DNA of 64,000 nucleotides, taken from NCBI GenBank assembly GCA_963827275.1, contig CAWHAA010000005.1, forward strand, positions 32,001 through 96,000, read 5' to 3'. A program made the position numbers and the translations under genes. Positions 22,143 through 29,749 of this stretch are shown here, piece after piece (within the stretch, counting starts at the first letter, position 1; each line of letters opens with the position of its first letter). The notes below the pieces were generated by a model. It was given only the letters and a program-made list of their open reading frames with translations. It did no database searches and was not told the DNA's origin. The DNA is from an uncultured Spirochaetota bacterium (GTDB lineage Bacteria > Spirochaetota > UBA4802 > UBA5550).

Positions 22143-22317
22143 ATAATTATTCAAATCACAAGTAATAACCAACAAATAACTAATAACTTGACAAAATATG
22201 TATTTATTATTATAGAATATATAAATTACATGCAAAATATTATTTTTTTTTACCTTAATGTTGCTTTTCGCCATCCATGGCTCAAAGCAAATATGCCTTA
22301 ATGTGTATGGCCACTTC

Positions 22318-22455
22318 ACCTAACAAAGCATAGCCGCTGCGCGCGGGAATACCGCGCTTGGCCTCCGCGCCAAGATATGAAGACGGCGCTACGGCACATT
22401 TTCACCTCCGCGAGTACGCTCCGGTGAAAACGTCGGCTATGCTTGGACGTTATAC
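22318..22455 (+). repeat. attC-like site (138 bp)
   Basis: ACCTAAC-A-AAGCATAGCCG...CGGCTATGCTT-GGAC-GTTATAC. Confidence 0.85.
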
Positions 22456-22515
22456 GCCATGGCAAACTTTTCGCCTGCCATCCATGGCGGGCGTGGTATT
22501 TCATAATAAAATATG

Positions 22516-22544
22516 TTGACAAGTAACCCTTATTTGGTTACATT
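22516..22544 (+). promoter_or_regulatory. TA cassette promoter with palindromic operator
   Basis: TTGACA-17 bp-TACATT overlapped by GTAACC-cttattt-GGTTAC. Confidence 0.75.
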
Positions 22545-22549
22545 GCATT

Positions 22550-22813
22550 ATGTATAAAGTAGTAATTACAAAAAGCACCCTCAAAGGCATTGAAAAAATG
22601 CCTAAATTTTCACAATTAGCAATGGGGAACTTAGTTGATGATCTTAAGGAGTGTGGCCCTATTCAAAAACACTGGGCTAATTTTAGTAAAATTGGAAAGA
22701 ATAAATTCCATTGCCATTTATCATATAAATGGGTTGCATGCTGGGAATTTTATGAAAATAATATATTAATTGAGGTTTATTATGCAGGTTCACGTGAAAA
22801 CGCCCCGTATTAA
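22550..22813 (+). CDS. RelE-like toxin (TA cassette 2)
   Basis: Paralogue of 18224-18487 with the same EVYYAGSRENAPY end. Confidence 0.7.
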   Translation: MYKVVITKSTLKGIEKMPKFSQLAMGNLVDDLKECGPIQKHWANFSKIGKNKFHCHLSYKWVACWEFYENNILIEVYYAGSRENAPY

Positions 22814-23147
22814 AATTGATATTAAAGGCGAAATTTCTAAAAAACACCTTTCTTTGCTGAAAAAAGAATATGGTGAAAATCTTCATTTAATTAATAAAGA
22901 TGATAAGTCTATTGATGTCTTTAAAACTGAATGGTACAAAAATATTAAATCTCAAATGACCCCTGGGACAAATTTAAAAGTTTATAGAATAAATAAAGGA
23001 TTAACCCAAGCTCAGTTAGGGGAATTACTTGGTGGCATTCCTAAACAGCATATATCAAATATGGAAAACGGGAGAAGGCCCATTAGTTTAAAAATGGCAA
23101 AAATTTTAGCCAGATTCTTTAAGGTATCAGTTGATAAATTTGTTTAA
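22782..23147 (+). CDS. XRE-family HTH antitoxin
   Basis: LTQAQLGELLGGIPKQHISNMENGRRPIS; paralogue of 18456-18824. Confidence 0.8.
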   Translation: MQVHVKTPRIKIDIKGEISKKHLSLLKKEYGENLHLINKDDKSIDVFKTEWYKNIKSQMTPGTNLKVYRINKGLTQAQLGELLGGIPKQHISNMENGRRPISLKMAKILARFFKVSVDKFV

Positions 23148-23222
23148 TTTTTTATTACCTTTGGCCCGCCTCCGCACGTCCTGTGCTTCGGCGGTAGAGC
23201 TTTTTTACTTCATTGCCACGGC

Positions 23223-23528
23223 GTATAACACGGCGTTCACGCTCCGCTCCTCGGCGGACTTGGGCCGCCTGCGGTGCGCTGATCAGGATGATCGAGTGTC
23301 GAGCCGCAACAGGATGTTGCGAAAAGGCTCGACCTCGGCCTCCCGCCTTTCCGCCTCCGTCGGTGCCGATTCGGGGATAATCTAAAGCACCGACTCCGGC
23401 GGGGCGCTCGGCTCATTTTTCGGCGCTTTTAAGTTTCAAATAAATTCTTCTTGCAAAAATGCTTATAACAGGCTAAATAACTTTTAGCAGCCAGGCCTCA
23501 AAACGACGGTTATGCTTGAACGCTATAT
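23223..23528 (+). repeat. Chimeric, probably inactive attC-like site (306 bp)
   Basis: GTATAAC-A-CGGCGTTCACG left arm paired with a CGGTTATGCTT-GAAC-GCTATAT right arm. Confidence 0.75.
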
Positions 23529-23599
23529 GCAATTGCCCCATTTTATATAGAATAGAAAAATATAGTATAAATATTACAAAAAAATTGTGCATATAAATT

Positions 23600-24355
23600 A
23601 TGTCTGTAGATTATAACCAACTATCAAAACAATATAAAAACTATAGAAGACCTGACACTCGGATTTTAAGGCAAATACAATATTATCTTCAAAATGCTCA
23701 ATGTATTTTAAATGTTGGAGCTGGTATTGGATCCTATGAGCCTGTAGATAGTAAAGTAGTCGCCATCGAACCATCTTTTGAAATGATTTCAAAAAGAGAT
23801 AATTCAAAAGCACTTTTGGTACAAGCAATTGCCGAAAAGCTGCCTTTTAAAAATAATATCTTTGATTGCTCCATGGCAATTTTAACAATACATCATTGGT
23901 CAAATGCAATTTCTGGTCTTAAAGAAATGATCAGAGTTACAAAATATAAAATTGTCTTATTTACTTGGATTGGATATGGCAATAACTTTTGGCTAGAGAA
24001 TTATATACCCGAAATTATTGGAATTGATATAAAATTATTTCCAACAATAGATGAACTTAAACGAATACTTGGAAATGTCATAGTTGAAATTGTTGAAATA
24101 CCTTATGATTGTACAGATGGATTCATGTGTGCCTATTGGAGAAGACCGGAAATGTATTTGGATCCAAATGTGCGGAAGGCCATATCTACTTTCTCACGCA
24201 TACCCGAAAATCCCGAGGGACTAAATAAACTACGAAAGGATATTGAAAGTGGCGAATGGTATAATAAGTACAGCTATTTGCTTGATAAAGAAACTATTGA
24301 TTTAGGATATAGATTAGTTATATCTGAAAACAAAGAATGGGGCAACTGCACATAA
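23600..24355 (+). CDS. Class I SAM-dependent methyltransferase (cassette)
   Basis: LNVGAGIGSYE, AEKLPF, LTIHHW; stop codon lies in the R'' box. Confidence 0.88.
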   Translation: MSVDYNQLSKQYKNYRRPDTRILRQIQYYLQNAQCILNVGAGIGSYEPVDSKVVAIEPSFEMISKRDNSKALLVQAIAEKLPFKNNIFDCSMAILTIHHWSNAISGLKEMIRVTKYKIVLFTWIGYGNNFWLENYIPEIIGIDIKLFPTIDELKRILGNVIVEIVEIPYDCTDGFMCAYWRRPEMYLDPNVRKAISTFSRIPENPEGLNKLRKDIESGEWYNKYSYLLDKETIDLGYRLVISENKEWGNCT

Positions 24356-24474
24356 CAAAGCACACCCGCTGCGCGCGGCCACAAGAAATGAAGCTGTGGC
24401 CGTGCTCGGCCTGCGGCACACCGCGCCTAAGGGAGGAAGACGGGCCCGGCGGCGGCTATGCTGGAACGTTGTTC
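24350..24474 (+). repeat. attC-like site (125 bp, partly degenerate)
   Basis: ACATAAC...GGAAC-GTTGTTC; core similar to the 18003-18125 site. Confidence 0.75.
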
Positions 24475-24515
24475 GAAACCCGGCGGTTTTGAAATTTGAG
24501 AGGAACTCTTTCATA

Positions 24516-25406
24516 ATGAAAAACTTCAAGTTTAAGAAAATCGATGCTTTTACAGATAAGTCATCTCATGGCAATCCGGCAGCTGGCATTTATTTAGATA
24601 ATCTTAATGATATTTCAGACATGGAAATGCTAACTATAGCCAGTGAACTTAAAGGTTTTGTCAGCGAAGTTGTATTTCTATTTCCAGAGAAGGATGGATA
24701 TTTTTTAAAATACTATTCTTCTGAATGTGAAGTTGAATTTTGCGGCCATGGAACTATTGCAATAATGTTTGATCTGATTAAAAATAGCCCGAATCTTTTA
24801 GATGAAAAAGTCATCAATATTAGAGTTAGAAACGAAAATCTTAAAATCTATAATCAAATTAATAATAATAACTCAATTTTTATAACTGCCCCAAACCCGA
24901 CGTATCATTCTTGTAATATTAATCATAATGATCTAATTTCTTGTCTAAATATTTCTTTAGATACAATTAATAGCAATCTGCCAATTGATATAATAAATGC
25001 CGGACTGAATACTCTAATTGTACCAATTATAAATCTTAATAAATGCCTTAATGTGAAGCCTGACCAAGAAGTTCTAAAATATTTCTGCCTGGACAATACT
25101 ATTGATATAATACATATCTTCACAAATGAAGTATCGAAAGGAACCAATAATTATCGAACAAGAGTTTTTGCTCCAAAGTATGGGTATTTGGAAGATCCGG
25201 CAACTGGTTCTGGCAATTCTGCCTTTGGGTATTATTTATTGAAAAATAACCTATGGGCTGGACAATTACTGAAAATTGAACAAAATAAAGAATATGAAAT
25301 GTCTAATTTGGTGAAATTAAATACGGTAATGTTAGATAATAAACTACGTGTTTTATTTGGCGGCTCCGCAACACTAAAAATAGATGGAGCATATACTTTA
25401 TATTAA
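24516..25406 (+). CDS. PhzF-family isomerase (cassette)
   Basis: IDAFT...GNPA, EVEFCGHGTIA, EDPATGSGN. Confidence 0.9.
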   Translation: MKNFKFKKIDAFTDKSSHGNPAAGIYLDNLNDISDMEMLTIASELKGFVSEVVFLFPEKDGYFLKYYSSECEVEFCGHGTIAIMFDLIKNSPNLLDEKVINIRVRNENLKIYNQINNNNSIFITAPNPTYHSCNINHNDLISCLNISLDTINSNLPIDIINAGLNTLIVPIINLNKCLNVKPDQEVLKYFCLDNTIDIIHIFTNEVSKGTNNYRTRVFAPKYGYLEDPATGSGNSAFGYYLLKNNLWAGQLLKIEQNKEYEMSNLVKLNTVMLDNKLRVLFGGSATLKIDGAYTLY

Positions 25407-25425
25407 GGAATTATCGCCGATATTC

Positions 25426-25550
25426 GCACAACATAGCATAGCCGATCCGCTCCCCGGCGGGCTTGGGCCTCCTGCGGTGCGCTGATCAGGGTGATCGAGT
25501 GTCGAGCCGCAACAGAAGGGTGCAGAAAGGCTCAACCTCGGCACTCGCGC
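25426..25550 (+). repeat. Truncated attC-like site (left half only)
   Basis: GCACAAC-ATAGCATAGCCG followed by the double-hairpin module; no matching right arm or GTT. Confidence 0.65.
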
Positions 25551-25599
25551 TTGCATCGCCATCCATGGCATCGAATAATAATAGACACGGGCCAATGTA

Positions 25600-26439
25600 A
25601 TGTTTAATGAACTACTTGAAATCAACAGACGGCCAAAACCATTTGAATATTATACTGCTCCAGAATTATGGACGGACGGGCACACCTCTCAAAAAATGCT
25701 GGAGTTTCATTTGAATGAATCAATTGATGTTTCATCAAGAAATATCAATTTCATCAACAAATCATCCGAATGGATAATAAGCCATTTCGGTCTTGATGCC
25801 GCATCCAAAATAATTGATTTTGGATGCGGCCCGGGACTTTATACCTCCCGTTTTGCCAGGAAGGGCATCCACGTAACCGGCATAGATTTTTCAAAGAGAT
25901 CAATTGAATACGCAAAGCAGGCCGCGCTGAACGAAAAACTTGACTGTGACTATATTTGCTGCAATTATCTTGATTTTAAATCATCGAATAAATTCAACCT
26001 GATAACCATGATCATGTGTGATTTTTGCGCTTTAAGTCATGATCAACGAAGGATCATGCTGGGTAAGTTCAAAAATATTTTAACACCAAATGGATCAATA
26101 CTGCTTGATGTCTATTCCATAAACTTTTACAATGCAAGTAAAGAAAAATCCATATATGAATTTAACCAGCAATCTAATTTTTGGTCAGCGGATGATTATT
26201 ATTCTTTTCAGAATACTTTTAAATATGATGACGAGAAAGTTATTCTTGATAAATATACAATTATTGAAAAATCACGAAAACGTGTTGTCTGCAATTGGCT
26301 GCAATGTTTCAGCGTTGATTCATTGAAGAAAGAATTCGAGGAAAATGGCCTGAAAATTATTGAAATATTTTCAGATGTATCAGGATCAGAATACAGACAG
26401 GACTCTTTGGAGATTGCGGTCGTAGCACGGACCATCTGA
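25600..26439 (+). CDS. Class I SAM-dependent methyltransferase
   Basis: IIDFGCGPGLY, GIDFSKRSI. Confidence 0.88.
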   Translation: MFNELLEINRRPKPFEYYTAPELWTDGHTSQKMLEFHLNESIDVSSRNINFINKSSEWIISHFGLDAASKIIDFGCGPGLYTSRFARKGIHVTGIDFSKRSIEYAKQAALNEKLDCDYICCNYLDFKSSNKFNLITMIMCDFCALSHDQRRIMLGKFKNILTPNGSILLDVYSINFYNASKEKSIYEFNQQSNFWSADDYYSFQNTFKYDDEKVILDKYTIIEKSRKRVVCNWLQCFSVDSLKKEFEENGLKIIEIFSDVSGSEYRQDSLEIAVVARTI

Positions 26440-26645
26440 TCTGCAGCCAGGCTCAACATCCGTGTTCCGCCTGCCTTGCGGCAGGCCCGCTTTCCGCGTA
26501 TAACGCGGCATCACCGCGCCGCTGCGCTCCCCGGCCCCTGGCGGCGCCGCCCGTTGTTTTACATTATGCGCAATGCCCGGTATACATTACCATGGCATCG
26601 CCGTCAGAATATAGTTGGCAATTCATACCACGGGAGGGGTCCTCC

Positions 26646-27422
26646 ATGAAAGTCACCGCATTTATCGGAAACGTCCGGAAGAAGTACACCTACGATGCCA
26701 CCGTGCAGCTTTTGGAAAAACTGCGGTCACACGGCGATATTGAATATGAAATAGTCATGCTGGGTGATTATCGACTGGGAATATGCAGGGGATGCAAGCA
26801 GTGCTTCGAAAAGGGGGAGGAGTGCTGCCCGCTGAAAGATGACAGGGACGTGCTTTTAGAAAAAATCAATAGCTCCGACGGGATTGTCCTGGCGTCCCCC
26901 AACTATTCTTTCAACGTATCAGGCCTCATGAAGGTGTTCCTTGACCGGCTTGGATTCATTTTCCACCGCCCCTGTTTTTTTGGCAAAGCCTACACCAGCG
27001 TCGTGGTCCAGGGGATATACAGGGGCAAAGAAATTTCCAAATACTTTAACTTCATCGGGAACGGGCTCGGGTTCACCGTGGTGAATGGCTGCTGTTTGAC
27101 GGCTATTGAGCCGATGACCGAAAAAGACCGGAAAACCTTCGACAGGGTCCTTGACCGGCTGAGCGGTAAATTCCATGCGGCACTGGCACGAAAAAAATAC
27201 CCGGCCCCGGGGCTTTTCAAATTATTCATATTCAGATACGCGCGGACAAGCATGAAATTGCTGCTTGACGATCGCAGCAGGGATTACGCGTATTATAAGA
27301 AAAACGGCTGGTTCGAATCCGAGTATTATTATCCGATACAATTAAACCCATTTAAAAAATTGGCCGGCAGGCTTTTTGACCGCATGACGGTCCTGACGAC
27401 ACAGACCGACCGGCAGTCATAA
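26646..27422 (+). CDS. Flavodoxin-like / NADPH-dependent FMN reductase family protein
   Basis: CRGCKQC...CPLKDD, DGIVLASPNY, MKVFLDR. Confidence 0.85.
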   Translation: MKVTAFIGNVRKKYTYDATVQLLEKLRSHGDIEYEIVMLGDYRLGICRGCKQCFEKGEECCPLKDDRDVLLEKINSSDGIVLASPNYSFNVSGLMKVFLDRLGFIFHRPCFFGKAYTSVVVQGIYRGKEISKYFNFIGNGLGFTVVNGCCLTAIEPMTEKDRKTFDRVLDRLSGKFHAALARKKYPAPGLFKLFIFRYARTSMKLLLDDRSRDYAYYKKNGWFESEYYYPIQLNPFKKLAGRLFDRMTVLTTQTDRQS

Positions 27423-27454
27423 CAGACCGCGAGGCAACAGCCAGAGGTGGTGCA

Positions 27455-28168
27455 ATGCACGCGAGCGATGTAATTATAAAGATCCGGCAGGAACTGAAGC
27501 GCAGCAGCGACAGGAAAAATACAGCTTCCGCCCGGAAATTTTTTAAAGAAAAAATCAAGCTGTATGGCGCAACAACCGCGGTGACAAGAAAAATCGGGAA
27601 AGAATACTTTAAAGAAATAAAAAATAAAAAGAAAAAATATATTTTCGGCCTGTGTGAAGAGCTCTGGCGATCAGGATACATGGAAGAATCATTTATCGCG
27701 TGCAACTGGTCGTATTATATCCGCGGGGATTACGAGCCGGGTGACATCAGGGTATTTAAAAAATGGGTCAATACATACGTCAGCAACTGGGCATCATGCG
27801 ATACCCTGTGCAATCATACTATCGGCGCGCTCCTGGAAATGTATCCCGGCCAGGTATCACAGCTGAAGCAATGGGCCCGGTCCAGGAACCGCTGGATGCG
27901 GCGGGCCGCTGCCGTGTCCCTCATCATCCCCGCCAGGCAGGGAAAATTCTTAAAGGATGTTATTGAGATCGCCGGGCTCCTGCTCGCGGACCGGGACGAC
28001 CTGGTGCAGAAAGGCTATGGGTGGCTGCTCAAGTCGGCCAGCAACGCGCACCGGAAAGAGATATTCGATTATATCATGAAAGAAAAAGCGGCGATGCCCA
28101 GGACGGCGTTACGGTATGCAATTGAAAAAATGCCGAAAGGGCTGAAGATGAAGGCCATGGCGAAATAA
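27455..28168 (+). CDS. AlkD-like DNA alkylation repair protein
   Basis: VSNWASCDTLC, WMRRAAAVS, DLVQKGYGWLLK, PRTALRYAIEK. Confidence 0.88.
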   Translation: MHASDVIIKIRQELKRSSDRKNTASARKFFKEKIKLYGATTAVTRKIGKEYFKEIKNKKKKYIFGLCEELWRSGYMEESFIACNWSYYIRGDYEPGDIRVFKKWVNTYVSNWASCDTLCNHTIGALLEMYPGQVSQLKQWARSRNRWMRRAAAVSLIIPARQGKFLKDVIEIAGLLLADRDDLVQKGYGWLLKSASNAHRKEIFDYIMKEKAAMPRTALRYAIEKMPKGLKMKAMAK

Positions 28169-28222
28169 TCAGGGGGATCGTTCCTCGCCCTGCCCACGGA
28201 AAACCGCTGCTGGCGGTGCTGC

Positions 28223-28963
28223 TTACGCAGTAGCGGGCGTATGCTTCTGCAGATTGTCCGCTATCACGTTCCGCGCCTTTTCCACGAGCTGGGCCGCCTG
28301 CTCGATGCCGCAGTCCACCGTGGAGATGGCCTCGCCGATGATGATCGTGATCGTCCCCTTCCTGATGGCGAAGGACCCGCTCGGCATGAGGTTAAAGCTG
28401 TTTATGATCGTGACCGGCACGAGCGGCAGCCTGGAGGAGATGGAAAACATCACCCCTCCCTTTTTGAAGGGCTGGAGCCTGCCGTCCCTGCTCCGGTGCC
28501 CCTCGCCGAAGAACAGGACACTGATGCCGTTCCTGAGCTCCCTGCCATAGCGGTTGATGGTCTCGATCGATTTCTTCCCGTCGTTGCGGTCGATGGGGAT
28601 CATCCTGCCCAGCTTGAAGGCCTGCCCCATGATCGGTATTTTCAGCAGGGACCTCTTGATGACGAAGCGGAGGGGCGACGGGAGGCTCGTGCCTATGGCA
28701 AGCCCGTCGAGATTGCTCTGGTGGTTCGAGATGAAGACATACGACGTTTTCCGGTTGATGCGCTCCAGGCCCTCGACCCGCACCCTGACGCCGTTCAGCC
28801 TGAGCACGACCCTGGCCCAGGCCTGGCCGATGCGGTAGGGGACCCTGCCGGTCCTGTCGACGAAGGCCGAAAGGAGCGAGGGGATGCCAAGCATAAGCGA
28901 GGCGACGATCATGATGGTCATGGTCCGCACCGTTCGTAACACATTGATGATTTTTTGCTTCAT
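28223..28963 (-). CDS. plsC: 1-acyl-sn-glycerol-3-phosphate acyltransferase
   Basis: SNHQSNLD, FGEGHRS, FKKG motifs. Confidence 0.85.
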   Translation of the reverse strand: MKQKIINVLRTVRTMTIMIVASLMLGIPSLLSAFVDRTGRVPYRIGQAWARVVLRLNGVRVRVEGLERINRKTSYVFISNHQSNLDGLAIGTSLPSPLRFVIKRSLLKIPIMGQAFKLGRMIPIDRNDGKKSIETINRYGRELRNGISVLFFGEGHRSRDGRLQPFKKGGVMFSISSRLPLVPVTIINSFNLMPSGSFAIRKGTITIIIGEAISTVDCGIEQAAQLVEKARNVIADNLQKHTPATA

Positions 28964-29133
28964 GGCCTGCCCCCTGGATTGTCATCTGTCCCATGAATAG
29001 GTATAGCAGAGGCCGGTAAACAATCAATTATTTTTTTGGTCGCCGTCCAACTCTTTTCCGGGGCAGGGGCACGGGTGAAACCGCCGCGGGCGGTCCCGAT
29101 ACCCGTCATACGGGGACGGCGGACAGGCCGGTC

Positions 29134-29472
29134 CTAAAGGGGATACATCGTGTCGAATTCTTCGCGGGTGAGGATGAGAAATATCTTGTTCAGCTTCGCC
29201 TTGTTGAATATGCGGGATATCGATTCGTTCAGATCAAAAAACAAGAGCTTCATGTTGTGGGACATCGCATAGTGCAGGAACTTGACGAAGGTGCCGATGG
29301 CGGAGGAGTCGACGAACGTCATTTCACTGCAGTCAATCGCCATCACCTCGGGATTGGCCGCGACGGTCTTGTTCCAGGTCTCCTCGACCTGGCGGACATA
29401 TCCGAGGAAGAACTCCCCCCTGATCTTGATTATCTGCAATTTGCCATGATCTTCAACATCGATTGAAACCAC
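29134..29472 (-). CDS. STAS-domain protein (anti-sigma antagonist)
   Basis: IDCSEMTFVDSSAIG. Confidence 0.85.
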   Translation of the reverse strand: MVSIDVEDHGKLQIIKIRGEFFLGYVRQVEETWNKTVAANPEVMAIDCSEMTFVDSSAIGTFVKFLHYAMSHNMKLLFFDLNESISRIFNKAKLNKIFLILTREEFDTMYPL

Positions 29473-29749
29473 GCGGATCTCCTGTTTCGCCAGTGATGGA
29501 TTTCCCGAAGACAGACAGTACCAGATGAATAAATTTTGCCTGTCACAACAAAATTATTGACCTGCGCCGCTGACCATACAATTATTATACCATAGTGAAA
29601 TTTGAGTCAACAAATTTATATAAATTGTAAATAATACGGCCCGCGGACACGAACGCGGGCGGGTCGCGGGCGATCATCGAAGCATGGAGCTGCCGGCTGT
29701 TCCGGACGGCACCCTGCCCGCGGCTCAACAACGGAAACGGGGAAGGCAT

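Larger units (their letters stand above)
8828..28168 (+). mobile_element. Integron-like gene cassette array (about 17-19 cassettes, eroded distally)
   Basis: Co-oriented AT-rich ORFs and ORF-less units separated by GC-rich RYYYAAC...GTTRRRY inverted-repeat sites. Confidence 0.9.

Noticed and set aside
29525..29545. ArgR box upstream of argJ
   Set aside because: Only a half match (TGAATAAATTTTGC) with no tandem partner, and not repeated before argD or argG
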